IMG/VR virus record: IMGVR_UViG_3300021957_000026
Span: 74-64,073 of that record
Source of the DNA: a virus
Lineage: Duplodnaviria; Caudoviricetes
DNA length: 64,000 nt
Direction: 5' to 3' (one strand)
The position numbers were made by a program, and so were the translations under genes. Below the pieces are notes generated by a model. It did not search any database. It saw nothing but the letters and a program-made list of their open reading frames with translations, and had not been told where the DNA came from. Shown in pieces: positions 35,443 through 46,800 of this stretch (the stretch's first letter is position 1; each line of letters begins with the position of its first letter).

Positions 35443-36199
35443 TATTTACGGCCCAGACCTGTATAAGAGAAATCAACATGGTCTTCTTGAAAATGCTTCA
35501 TATGTATTTAATGAAGATGGGTCTGTAGATTGGAGATCCATGATCAAAGACGAGTACCTGTATCCAAACAAAGATTGGTTTGAGTACAGAAAGAAGCCCG
35601 TTCCAGAATCAATAGAAGGTCTAAAAGACAATCAGCTCTTGATTATGTTAGGAGGGATTAAATCTTTAGCAAAGCTAAGAGGGTTCAAGTCTGTAAAATT
35701 TAATACTGAAAATGTATCGAATGGATACGTCAAAGCAAGTTGTACCATAGAGTGGCTATCTAATTACGAGAGTGATAATACTTCTATCACATATGAAGAC
35801 TCAGCAAATGCCACATTAGACAATACAAGCTCTTTCGCTTCCAAATTCTTGGAGACTATAGCCTGTAACAGGGCTTTTGTAAGGTGTGTGAGAAATTTCT
35901 TAAATGTACATATTGTAGGAGCGGACGAAATCGACAAGTCAAAAGGGGCAAATAATGCTAAATCTTTTGAGTATGACTCTGCTGAATCTACAAATGTGGC
36001 TTTAACGCCATCAGCTATGCTTGAGAAGGCCGCAAGAGAGAAAACTGGGTCAGACTCCTTTGATAACTTTAAGACGGTCCTACGCGACTTCTGGAAGCAA
36101 GAACAGTATAGAAACGAAGAGATAAAGAACTGGGATTCTTTCTCCGATATTCCTGCAAAAGAATGTCGAAAGCTCTTGGTTCTTGTTAAAAAATTATAA
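35429..36199 (+). CDS. Possible single-strand annealing protein (Rad52/Sak-like fold)
   Basis: GG..LA, A.A..N....ETIA.NRA..R..R helix pattern, DE, variable C-terminus. Confidence 0.45.
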   Translation: MSKNNIYGPDLYKRNQHGLLENASYVFNEDGSVDWRSMIKDEYLYPNKDWFEYRKKPVPESIEGLKDNQLLIMLGGIKSLAKLRGFKSVKFNTENVSNGYVKASCTIEWLSNYESDNTSITYEDSANATLDNTSSFASKFLETIACNRAFVRCVRNFLNVHIVGADEIDKSKGANNAKSFEYDSAESTNVALTPSAMLEKAAREKTGSDSFDNFKTVLRDFWKQEQYRNEEIKNWDSFSDIPAKECRKLLVLVKKL

Positions 36200-38539
36200 T
36201 CCAAGGAAATTCTTCTGGGCTGCAGAGAATCTGCTTGAAATAGAACTGGTTCTATAAGAACGCATCGAATCTCCCACCACTATAGTGTCATCTATAGGCA
36301 ATAGCTTCTGTGTAGATTCTTTTATTGTTGTCGTTAAAGACCCTCCACTCAAAGAGTAAGATAAACCAGACATTACTATAGAGAACTGAGTAGGTACAAA
36401 TAAACCAACTATAGTCCTAGACGATGATTGCAAAAATGTTTTGGATCTACCGCCATAATTGAAATTCTTAAGAGCATTAATTTCCACGCCCTTCCCCTTT
36501 TTTACATCGAAAGAAACTGGCGTTTTCATATTACCAGAAGCTCCATTCAATAGAAGAGAAGTTTGTACATAATTCTTTTTATCGAATAGATCTGTGATTT
36601 GAGAAGTTTGTTCGTCCTCTTCGGCATCTGCGTCATCTAACTCTTGTTCAGCCTTTCTGTTTCCAAGAATTTCATTAACAGGAAGTTTCGTTCTAGTATA
36701 AGGGCATCTTAGACTTTCAAGTAAATCATCTTTAGATCTTCTTTTGCCAAATAGAGTTTTCGATTTAGCAATACTCTTTGGAATTTTTGTGTCAAAAAGT
36801 TCAGCTAATATCGCATAGTAAGGCAATCCAGTAGTGTGAGTATAAGAAGAAATATTCTCATTTGTAAAATCAATGTAATCATCCTTATCATCTCCTTGGA
36901 CAACATTATTATTGGCAACAGCTTTTTGCCCTATAAACACATATCCACCTGAACCTTTTACTCCTTCAGTAGCCTCGATAATATTATCAAGAGTGAAATT
37001 ATCAGTTTTTACCCCATTGGCTCTCAGTAAAGAAACAACTTTTTTTAATCCTTCAATTTTGTTAACTTTTATGTCAGTTTCGTAAGGCCCAGAAATAGAA
37101 AGGTCATTAGAAGAAAATTGCATCCTTTCGGCTTTTCTTTTACTAAATTGATTAGATATGTAAATAGAATTATTTAAGTAAAAAAATGCATCCTTAATTA
37201 CTTGATAAGCCTTAGAGTTACTCGGCTTTAAATTATCAGAAGACCCAGCCCCAGCAGAACGAGTATCGATATATTTACATTTTTTTAGTTGTAATGGTCC
37301 TTTGTATGCGGCTGCAGCGGAATCGGCTAGTTTCTTATTGCCAGAAGCAAATGTCTCAAGCCAATCTTTGACTGTTTTATTGGATAATTGAAACGCAGGA
37401 TCGTAAAACTTCCCAAAATCTGGGGGTTTATTTTCAGTAGCTAATTTATAACTTATAGCGTCAAAAACAAGAGGCGTTAATGCCCCAGAACATTCAGCCC
37501 CATAAAAAACTTTATAAGTTTCTTTGGGAATCGATAGGTTTCCTATTTTCCCTAATATGTCTACAGGTTTAAATCTAGCTATTCGTTGTTTTGAACTTTC
37601 ATCAGGAGTACTCTTAATAGGAGCTGTATTAGTCATGTACGAATTAGCGATAACTGGAGCTAAAGCATTTTCTGTAAAAGAACAACTTTTTAAATTTCCC
37701 CCAGTTAAAGTTAAAGGGTTTGTGATTTGATAAGTCACTGCAATAGCAGAAGATATAAATACAACAGTAGAATTTAAAGGATTCACGTACCAGTATAATC
37801 CTAAAGAACTAGCAATAGATGACAATACAGAATCTACAGTCCCTGAATTTTCAAAAAGAACATCGTCTCTACTTGGTAGCCCTATAACTGGAATACCAGC
37901 CATCCCCAGAGCAGTAATCAATTCTCTTAACTTATAACCATATTTAATTTCTGATTTAGAGAGATCTGGATTATTGGAATATGAAGATACCTCTCCAGAT
38001 GCACTATTGTAAGATAAATTTGTGTCAAGAACTCCACCTTGATAAATTAAAGAAATTTTATCTCCAGTGATTTCATCTGTGTCTGAAATTTCGTTGTAAA
38101 TATTGCCTATTATTAAGCCTCCCCCAACTTTTCTTGGAAACTGTTTCCCAAACGAAGGCACGGGGGAGTTCGGACATTCAGAGTAGTCATAAACAACTCC
38201 ATCAAAAGAACCTGCTCCTTTAGGAGAAGTATCTTTTCCTCTAACAGCTATAAAATGAGATTTTAATTTTAACGAAGTTATATCGCTAAACCTTCTTGAA
38301 ATCGTAGTTTTAGTTCCATCTTTACTGGTTGTTTTTTCAGTACTTTGGAACTGGCTGAATAATTTGTTTATTCTTGGATCTGAAAAGTCAACACGAGAAC
38401 CAATTTCTCCAATTACAGTACCGAGGGATTCTCCACCTACCTCAATATCTTTTGCGTTGATTACACTTGTAGTACTAGCAGTATGCCCACTACCATTACT
38501 AAAATTCATATTTACAGAAATTAAAGATTCTTTATTCAT
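36194..38539 (-). CDS. Tail tip / baseplate hub-like protein
   Basis: 781 aa; last gene of tail operon; L..IASSLGLYWYV pattern. Confidence 0.55.
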   Translation of the reverse strand: MNKESLISVNMNFSNGSGHTASTTSVINAKDIEVGGESLGTVIGEIGSRVDFSDPRINKLFSQFQSTEKTTSKDGTKTTISRRFSDITSLKLKSHFIAVRGKDTSPKGAGSFDGVVYDYSECPNSPVPSFGKQFPRKVGGGLIIGNIYNEISDTDEITGDKISLIYQGGVLDTNLSYNSASGEVSSYSNNPDLSKSEIKYGYKLRELITALGMAGIPVIGLPSRDDVLFENSGTVDSVLSSIASSLGLYWYVNPLNSTVVFISSAIAVTYQITNPLTLTGGNLKSCSFTENALAPVIANSYMTNTAPIKSTPDESSKQRIARFKPVDILGKIGNLSIPKETYKVFYGAECSGALTPLVFDAISYKLATENKPPDFGKFYDPAFQLSNKTVKDWLETFASGNKKLADSAAAAYKGPLQLKKCKYIDTRSAGAGSSDNLKPSNSKAYQVIKDAFFYLNNSIYISNQFSKRKAERMQFSSNDLSISGPYETDIKVNKIEGLKKVVSLLRANGVKTDNFTLDNIIEATEGVKGSGGYVFIGQKAVANNNVVQGDDKDDYIDFTNENISSYTHTTGLPYYAILAELFDTKIPKSIAKSKTLFGKRRSKDDLLESLRCPYTRTKLPVNEILGNRKAEQELDDADAEEDEQTSQITDLFDKKNYVQTSLLLNGASGNMKTPVSFDVKKGKGVEINALKNFNYGGRSKTFLQSSSRTIVGLFVPTQFSIVMSGLSYSLSGGSLTTTIKESTQKLLPIDDTIVVGDSMRSYRTSSISSRFSAAQKNFLGL

Positions 38540-39300
38540 AGATTATAAGTGTCTTCTTGTTGGTTTATGATAGGAGTAAAAGAACTAATCCCAGACTGTA
38601 TGAATCCGCTAATACCACTATAAGTCTCTACAAAATTAGAAGGAGAAGCTTCTAAGCCATTAATGTAATAACTTACTTGACCTTCTACGAAACCAGTACC
38701 GCAGATATCAGGGTCTCCAGAAAAAGTCTCTTGTACGTTAGCTTGTTTTGGTATTGCGAAATACCTTCCCGTAGTCTGATATTCAGAGGGAGCAAAGCCA
38801 TATTGAAATTTTTGACCATTGAAAAATACATTGTAATTGTTAAATAACTCCTCTCTGTCTGAAGCATTAGAATAAATAGAATTAACCTTTGAGGTTAGAG
38901 CGTCTTCAGCTAGTTGATAACCTTGTTGATTTCCTTTGTCGTAAGCTACTCCAGTAGCTCCACTCCTAGAATCATAAATTACGATGTCAGAGCTTGATAT
39001 AGTGAATCCTTGATCAAACCTAAATGTACTTGAATAAGTATCGTCGTCAGGAGTGACATAATAATCTCCTGTATTTATATTAATGTAAGTCCTATTTAAA
39101 CCAGAAACTATTATTGGGGATTCTTCAAAAAGAGTTTGGGAATTTAAAGACAATGTCGAAGAATGAGCGCCTGTGACCATAAATGGATTGTAAATAAACC
39201 CATCTCCAACAAAAGTTCCTGTATCATTCCTTAAAGAAATAAACTCTCGACTTCCAGTTATTGATTCAGCCCCCGTATATAAAATATAATTATAGTTCAT
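38536..39300 (-). CDS. Tail-associated structural protein
   Basis: Tail operon position; [ST]G-rich; VFFNGQK. Confidence 0.6.
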   Translation of the reverse strand: MNYNYILYTGAESITGSREFISLRNDTGTFVGDGFIYNPFMVTGAHSSTLSLNSQTLFEESPIIVSGLNRTYININTGDYYVTPDDDTYSSTFRFDQGFTISSSDIVIYDSRSGATGVAYDKGNQQGYQLAEDALTSKVNSIYSNASDREELFNNYNVFFNGQKFQYGFAPSEYQTTGRYFAIPKQANVQETFSGDPDICGTGFVEGQVSYYINGLEASPSNFVETYSGISGFIQSGISSFTPIINQQEDTYNL

Positions 39301-40697
39301 TAGATTCTTTCTCCACGGTAATAAATATAATTCTTTTTTAAATCTTCAGAGAAGCCTGTTAAATTAACTCCAGAAAATGCTTCCTGAGTAACTGTAGTAT
39401 AACTTTCCGTTAAAGGAGTTTGTACAACTCCGCTAATATCTGTCAAAGTACCCGTCAAAGGATTTTTTCCATATAAATCTATCGTTATTTCTCCCTGTCC
39501 TGTTGTTTGTTGAAGAAGGTAGGTAGCCAAGTTATCAGATATGTCTTGTAAGCCCAAAGTAGCATAAGCGTTATCTCCAGTTGGCTCGTAAAGGTATCCA
39601 GAATCAGGGTGCAAATGACCTAACTCCTCCTTATAGAAAGTCTCGTGACTACCTGCATTCAAAGTGTAATATTTATAGTATCTCTCCCCTTCTTTTCTAC
39701 TTATTTGAGGCTGCTCTGAACTACTCAAGGTTACTCCAGTTATAATCTCCCTACCTGTTGCAATAGTTAATTGTCCTGTAATTTGGTAATCGTATCCAGT
39801 TATCCCAGTTTGATAAACCAAAGTCTCGCTGTACCCAGTAACTCTATTAGCAGATGATGTGGTAGCCGCTGTCTGAGAATATTGCCCTAATATTCCAGAT
39901 CCAAAATAATATAAAGCATCTTCTGATACAGCCCCACTAAATACAGCTAACTTATTTATATGATTATTGACAAGGGTTTTGCTAACTTCGTTACTAGAGC
40001 TGTAGTAGTTTTTTGAACCTCCTATATAGAAAAAATCTGGATCAGACAAGTAGTCTGAATCCGTCGAAACTTCTTTTGAAGTTATTTTTTTGTTAATATA
40101 ATCAAAAGTACTTAAGGTTATAGAATCCCCAAAAGAAGATATACCTATTAAATTTCTTTTAGACAATTCTGAATCTAAAACAGTTATTTGATCTTGATCC
40201 TTACCGTAGCATTGTAAAAACAAATGGCCTCTTGAGGTAACTCCAACATTAAAACCCTTAGACCCTGTATAATCTATACTGTTTATTGTTTCTTCCGTCT
40301 TTTCTAAAGATCCAAAAATAACTCCATCAGAAACTGCTCCACCAAATTCGAAATCTACAAAAACAGATAAGTCATTAAAATTCAAATCATGAGTCCTAAC
40401 GGCCAAATTGCTATGACTTAAATCAAGGGTATCTGATGCGAAAACAGAGTTATCTAAAAAAGATTGTACTTCAGAGGAACTACTAAAAGTAGTAGTATGA
40501 ATTAATACCCCAGAATATTTATCAGTGTCAAATGCGGGACTCTGATTAGCTATAGTACCAGACCAATTATTATTACTTGTTTGAGCAAAAGTATGAGTGT
40601 CAAAAGTATTAGACTCATTAAAATCATAATAGACTGCTAGTCTTTTGTTGTCTGCAAAAGAATCTAACAATTGATAACTTAACCCTTGTGCGCTCAT
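39300..40697 (-). CDS. Tail protein with LamG/concanavalin-like domain
   Basis: LAVYYDF, FYIGG, INKLAVFS motifs. Confidence 0.6.
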   Translation of the reverse strand: MSAQGLSYQLLDSFADNKRLAVYYDFNESNTFDTHTFAQTSNNNWSGTIANQSPAFDTDKYSGVLIHTTTFSSSSEVQSFLDNSVFASDTLDLSHSNLAVRTHDLNFNDLSVFVDFEFGGAVSDGVIFGSLEKTEETINSIDYTGSKGFNVGVTSRGHLFLQCYGKDQDQITVLDSELSKRNLIGISSFGDSITLSTFDYINKKITSKEVSTDSDYLSDPDFFYIGGSKNYYSSSNEVSKTLVNNHINKLAVFSGAVSEDALYYFGSGILGQYSQTAATTSSANRVTGYSETLVYQTGITGYDYQITGQLTIATGREIITGVTLSSSEQPQISRKEGERYYKYYTLNAGSHETFYKEELGHLHPDSGYLYEPTGDNAYATLGLQDISDNLATYLLQQTTGQGEITIDLYGKNPLTGTLTDISGVVQTPLTESYTTVTQEAFSGVNLTGFSEDLKKNYIYYRGERI

Positions 40698-42301
40698 TAA
40701 TAATATTTTGATAAATTATAAGATATACTGCTTTGCTGAATATTGTGAGAATCTGAAATTTTATGCTGACCGCTACATAATCCTAATACAATGTTTTTTA
40801 GTGTAGATAATTTATTCTCTTCGTCATTGCTTGAAGCACTAATGGAATATTCCCCCAAAGTTCTATCTGCTACGACATTAGCTTTAAATCCTCCTATTGT
40901 TTGCTGAATATCATTTTTCTGGATTGGAACCTTATCTACAATGTTGATAGACAAGTCTTTAAGAGTCCCGTTAGAATAATCTACTACATTATTATAAGTA
41001 TAATTATAAGAAATTTCATTAGTATTTGGATTTTTATCTATAGAGAAGTCAACAGGCTCTACATTCAGATAAGAAGAATTTAATTCATATCCAGTCGCAA
41101 CTTGAGAAAATTCATCCGCAGCTTTTTTAGCAATAGAGAATTGATCAACCAATTCAAAAGCTCCAGAAACAGCCTTAAATCTATCGTTTTCAACTCCAGC
41201 TTGGCTTATATTTTTAATAGATATAGAGGGTCCATGAAATCTTAATTCTCCCTCTACGTTTACAGATACAACGGGTGAATCTTTAGTACAGCTAATGGAA
41301 GCAGTATGAGAGTGCAGTACATTAGTACCCGTTATTAAATCTATATTCTCTGCATTTTCAAAAGTAAAAGAAAATTCTAAATTGTTTGATCCTGTATCCA
41401 ATGTATATTCATAAGAAGTCGGACCATTAGAAACAAAAGTGTATTTCCCAGTCTCATAGTTTGATAAAGAACTAGCTATAGCATCTTCTGCTGCATTAGT
41501 AGCCATCTTAGGAGAGAAATCCCCTGTTGTTAACATTGTAGAATTTGAAATGTTTGCGTCCATCCCTCCTTGTACATTGCCTTTTACAGAAACCGAAAGT
41601 TCTGAATTTTTATCATAAGCAATATCTGTTGAAACATTTACAATTCCATTGCTAGAAAGAGGTTGGTCAGAGGCTGAATACAGGTAGACTTCCGTAACAG
41701 AGTAAGCATCAGTTTTGCGATCTACCTTTTCTTCTTTAGACTGTAAAAATCCATTAACTCCACTGTTAAAAAATCCAATATACTCAAAACCGTCCTGTAA
41801 TTTTGCGTTTACAAAAGAGCGAGCATTTGTCAGAGGGTCTCCCGCATCCACCTTTAAACCTATTGCAGACACATTGTGAGTGGCTCTAATGACCTTGTTA
41901 TCCAACTCAGAATAACTCCATTCATTTACAGGTGACTCTATCTTAAAATATTCGGAAAAAGTTTCATTTTCAAATGTTTTAAAAGAAACACTGTAAGGTA
42001 AAACTGTAGATAAATCACTCTTCCCAAAATCTACTCCTTCAACCAAGCATTTGCTAAACACCCTAGTGTCTGTCCCCAAGGTTACTGTTAGATTTTGATA
42101 TTCATTAAGGAAACCACTAATCATCTGCATTTTTTGCAAATGAATGCCACTTAGAGAATCACCCGTAATAGTCCCTATAGCCTCTATATTAATAGCTTTA
42201 TGATCATATTTCCCTTCAAACGCTATCAGCTCGTCGCTTTCTGCTAGAGCAGGAAGAGGACTGGGGAAATTGTAAGAATCATATGTGACAGAATCAGGCA
42301 T
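40697..42301 (-). CDS. Minor tail protein
   Basis: 534 aa downstream of tape measure; beta-rich repeated modules. Confidence 0.6.
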   Translation of the reverse strand: MPDSVTYDSYNFPSPLPALAESDELIAFEGKYDHKAINIEAIGTITGDSLSGIHLQKMQMISGFLNEYQNLTVTLGTDTRVFSKCLVEGVDFGKSDLSTVLPYSVSFKTFENETFSEYFKIESPVNEWSYSELDNKVIRATHNVSAIGLKVDAGDPLTNARSFVNAKLQDGFEYIGFFNSGVNGFLQSKEEKVDRKTDAYSVTEVYLYSASDQPLSSNGIVNVSTDIAYDKNSELSVSVKGNVQGGMDANISNSTMLTTGDFSPKMATNAAEDAIASSLSNYETGKYTFVSNGPTSYEYTLDTGSNNLEFSFTFENAENIDLITGTNVLHSHTASISCTKDSPVVSVNVEGELRFHGPSISIKNISQAGVENDRFKAVSGAFELVDQFSIAKKAADEFSQVATGYELNSSYLNVEPVDFSIDKNPNTNEISYNYTYNNVVDYSNGTLKDLSINIVDKVPIQKNDIQQTIGGFKANVVADRTLGEYSISASSNDEENKLSTLKNIVLGLCSGQHKISDSHNIQQSSISYNLSKYY

Positions 42302-42305
42302 TTAA

Positions 42306-43853
42306 TTAAGATATTACAAAGCTTATTACACGATTTGTTGTACCATTGGACAAATCTATTGTTGTTTGATCCCCAACTAAGTAATAAGTACTCTCACTTA
42401 ATTTTGCTTCCATTTCGCTAGTTTTAGTTTTTAAAAACTCTTTTGCGTGGTAAATACCATAATTAGGATCGGCTACAACAGTCGCTGTTACCGAAGCTTG
42501 GCCTAAAGTATCTAAGTCTGACACAATCAACTTCTCTCTTAAACTGGTTAAATCCAAGATTTTTTCAGATCTTTTTATCTTATTAGTCTTAGTTAAAGTG
42601 AGCTGATATTTCAAGATGCCATCAGGCAGGCTAGAATTATTATAATCGTCATTTGTTGTAAAAACGATTTTATCTTCAACTACTCCTTCTGATTTTAAAA
42701 TAGAAGAACTTCTAGAAGACTCAAATATAACCCCTAGTGACTCTGGGAATAAACGGCTAACTTTAATTTCATTAAGAGCTTTCGAAGAATTCCACAGTTC
42801 TAAAGTTTTATTATATCTATCGAAAATACTTCTTCCAGAAGCTTTGTACCTTACAGAGAGGGTGTATTCAAAAAAAGCTTCCTTTTTTTGTTTAGAACAA
42901 GAAAAGGATATTTCATTATTGCCAGACAAATTAGGATTTGTCGAAAAAGAAATTGATATAGAAGCTTTTTTAGAATCCTTAGTTATACCCTTTGATATAC
43001 TATAAGGTTGACCAAACTCAGATTGCTCGCTAGATACTACGCTATCTATACAAGTCGATATTGCTGATTGGATAACATTTTGATAATTGTAATCAAGAGA
43101 GATTAGATCGATAGAGATCTCTTTAGATAAATATCCATCATCACCTTGTGAGATTTTAGTGGTTGTTTTCTTAGATACCCTGTTGGTCTCATCTATAAAA
43201 GATGATTCAAAATCTTCGTTTAAGGTGACCTCTAGATTTACTAAGTCAATATTTTCAGTTAATTGCCCTGCAAAACCTTTCGAGATCCTAGCGTTTTCTG
43301 ATATACCATCTGTATGGAAACCTAAAGAAGGTCTACTTAGATGATAAAAATTACTTAAAAATACTTGAGCATTTTTTAAGAATTCTCCTCCAGCGTCTTG
43401 GGCGTATTTTAATGAAACACTCCTATTATAAGAATAATCAGAGCCACTTCTGGAAAAATTATAATCTTCGCTAAATGATTCAACCAAATGAGGACTAGGC
43501 ATATGTTTGGCAAAAGTTTTAGCAGAATAACTATTTAGCATTTTTCGCTCCCTTATAGTAATAGAAGCTATTTCAGAACCAACTAAATTACTTTCTTGAA
43601 AACTTAAAGATGTAATCAAACCATTAACAAACTCATCTCCACCTATTCGTGCGGTGATATTTTGAGTCTCATAAGCGGTTCTTATAGCAGCTCTTCCCGA
43701 CAGTAAAACTCCTCCGCCAGCATCAAATTGTACATCTGAAATATCAATTTCATATGAAGCTTCTACAATGAATCCAAATAATTCATCTGAATCCAAGTAC
43801 GAGTATTCAATTTTAACACTTGAAGATACAACGTTGTTAACAATTAAAGACAT
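42306..43853 (-). CDS. Minor/distal tail protein
   Basis: 515 aa immediately after tape measure; architecture similar to the next gene. Confidence 0.6.
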   Translation of the reverse strand: MSLIVNNVVSSSVKIEYSYLDSDELFGFIVEASYEIDISDVQFDAGGGVLLSGRAAIRTAYETQNITARIGGDEFVNGLITSLSFQESNLVGSEIASITIRERKMLNSYSAKTFAKHMPSPHLVESFSEDYNFSRSGSDYSYNRSVSLKYAQDAGGEFLKNAQVFLSNFYHLSRPSLGFHTDGISENARISKGFAGQLTENIDLVNLEVTLNEDFESSFIDETNRVSKKTTTKISQGDDGYLSKEISIDLISLDYNYQNVIQSAISTCIDSVVSSEQSEFGQPYSISKGITKDSKKASISISFSTNPNLSGNNEISFSCSKQKKEAFFEYTLSVRYKASGRSIFDRYNKTLELWNSSKALNEIKVSRLFPESLGVIFESSRSSSILKSEGVVEDKIVFTTNDDYNNSSLPDGILKYQLTLTKTNKIKRSEKILDLTSLREKLIVSDLDTLGQASVTATVVADPNYGIYHAKEFLKTKTSEMEAKLSESTYYLVGDQTTIDLSNGTTNRVISFVIS

Positions 43854-46800
43854 TTATTCTTTTGGTTTTATCGATTCAAGCTCACCCTCAAGAGTTTCAA
43901 TTCTAGTTTTTAATTTATCTATAACCACTATATTCATATCTGTAAGAATACTAATGTCTGCTGTTGCCTTTGTAACTTTTGAAGCAATGGAGGTTACTGA
44001 ATTTGTAGCAGAGGCGAAAGAACTAAGGTTAGTGCTGGCAGCAGATAAATTCGTGTTAAGATTCGCAATGCTGGTGACCACACCATCAACATTAAAGTTT
44101 TCATTTAAATTTTTAAATTTCTTCCTTAAAGCTTCAAGTTCTGTTTTTAAGACTGCAGCCTCTGCGTCTAATTCTGCCGCTTTTTTGTTTTCTTCTTTGT
44201 TGAATGTACCTCTTATCTGACCTCTAAGGTTTTTGGGAACATTTTCAAATTGATTCGTCATCGTCGCATCTGCCATACTTTTTGAAGATACTCCTGAAGC
44301 TTCCAGAACAATATCTCTTACTAATTGTGCTACTCCCTTTGCATTCATTTCAGCCTCTAATTCCGCAGCCATTTGAGCCTTGCGTTGCGGATCTCTTTCT
44401 GCAGCAATTTGTTTTCCTATTCCTATAGCGTTCCCTACGTCAAATTTCCCACTAGTAAATGATGAAGCTAAACCAGAGAAAGAATTACGTACCATATCTA
44501 TTCTATTCTGTTCACCTGCTATTCTTATAGCTTCGGTACGATCTGTAATTGCATTCATTCTAACTTGCATGTTCGTTGCAGCAGCAACAATTTTAGCCTT
44601 AAATGAATCAGCGGCTTGTCGCGTCGCCTGAGCAGCTTTAATCTGCTCTTCAGATCCTACTACTAAATTAGATTCATCCAATTTAGCTTTTTGTAGCCCT
44701 GATTGAGCACTCGAAACACCAAGAATGTCTGAGTTTGTGGATAACTGTCTTTGCAAACTTGCTGCTTGTGGACCTTTCATAGAACCAAGTAAAGTAGAGC
44801 CAGCTGTATTCATTACTTGTTGATTGAAGATATCGCTTTGGAATTTAGAAATTTTTTCTCCAGCGGCAAGTTGAACACTTTTTAGTTTTTTGGTAGTTGC
44901 ATCTATAGATTTCTCCAGATCTTCTATATTCCGCCTAATAGACATCGCTTCGCCAACCTCTTTGTAAACCTTTATCAATTGATCGCTTGCGTCATCTAGC
45001 TCTTGTATACTTTCAGAAGTATTTAAGATTGTCTGGAGCCTTGTTATGTCTTTAGCTCTATCTCCCATCCCCGCATTTTTTTGATCTTGAGCTTCTTTGA
45101 AAGCGTCGTGGCCACTAACAAAACCAAATTCGTTTCTAGCTGCCCTTTCTTTTGCCATACCCCCCTGTCTATTAGCTATTACCTTCTGAGTATTTTCAAG
45201 AGCTGCTTCTGCCTTCTCTGCTTCGTCTCTCTGATCAAAAACAGCCATTGCGAGGCTACCAAGAGCGCCGACGACTCCTCCTATAGCTGCTCCCAGTGGC
45301 CCAAACATCGCTCCCATAGAAGCTGTTTGCATTGCAGCAGAACCTGTGCTAGCGGCCAAAGCCCCATTTGAATTTCCTGCTTCTTTCGCACTTGCGGCAA
45401 GAGAGTCTAAACCAGCTGAAGCTCCAGATAGAGCCATTCCTAGTCCCATCATTTTAAAACCCCCTCCCTCAGTTTGCATGAAATTTTGATTTTTAGAAAC
45501 AGCAGAACCAAAGTTTTGGCCGAACTGTGAACGCTTTATGCGATGCATTCTGGAATTCACATTTGTAGTCCCTGCGGCGTACCTAGGCATATGACCTGCA
45601 GCTTTACCCTTCTGCTGAAAAGCCCTCCTTTTCTCACGTGCACTAGGTTTTATCTTGTTTCTTTTTTCAGCTGCAGTTACGGGCGCACCAAGTATTTTAT
45701 ATATTTTTTCAGCGGCTCCTCCAGCAAGACTAGATGAATGTTTAGCCTCTATACCTTCTGTTGAAGGGGGGATGTTAAATGGGTTCACTCCTCCCTTTAA
45801 ATTTGTTAAAGAATTGCCCCTAAAATCCATAAGAGACCCTGCAGCTCTATTTTGAAAATCTTTAAAATCATCAGTCGATAATAATGCTCCGACACCACTT
45901 TCGAAAACAGAACCTATAGAAGACTTAGCAGACCCCTTGTTTAAGGTTTTTTTAATATCTTTTGCCCTGACTGGATCAGGCATCTCTCCTCCTGAGATCA
46001 TCTTCGCCATAGTTATAGAGTCGTTTGTAAATAAATCTGTATATTTACGTACCAAACTATTTCTATGTTTGTTCATCCCCCCTTTTGCCTTAGAATTATT
46101 TAACCTATAGGTCGGGACGTTTACTTTTGCTACACTGTTATCTCCAGCCCCTTTCGTGGCAGAGATACCTCTAGAGGTTTGTGAAATAAAGAAATCTTGA
46201 TCTGTCTTCGAGCCAGACTCCGCTACTATCATTCCATACCTTTGATCAGCATTTAATTGTTTGATTTTACGAGGTCTACCCTTTGCATACCCTCTAGCGT
46301 ACATAGGAATAACAGCAGAATCTCCGTTGCTGCCAAAGTTAGGTATTTCCTTCTCTTGGCTATTCATTATAAAACGCTGTCCACCAATCGTACCTTTTCC
46401 ATAATGAGCTGATACATCAGGAGAAGCTCCTAACATCATAGCTGCAGCCTCTTCTTGCTGGAACCCCGAAGCAAACTTCTTACCCCCTTTTCCTGTAAAC
46501 CCTTTGCCAGCATCATACCCAGAAACGCCTCTTCGGGCAGCTACATTAGCTATGTTTGTTAAAATTAGTTGTTGTTGAACCAATAATCGGTTCTCCGCTT
46601 TTATCGCATTGATTACGGCCTGTTCTTTTTGGGCTTGTGTCGCAGTTTTGCTATTTAATATAGTTCTTAATTTTGCATCTTTACCCAGTAGATCTACTAT
46701 ACCACTTTCAATGCTTTTTACTTTCTCAGCTTGAGATCCCATAGCCATAACAGACTTGAAACCTTCAGCAGCAAATTTCGTAACCATTCTAAATATATTA

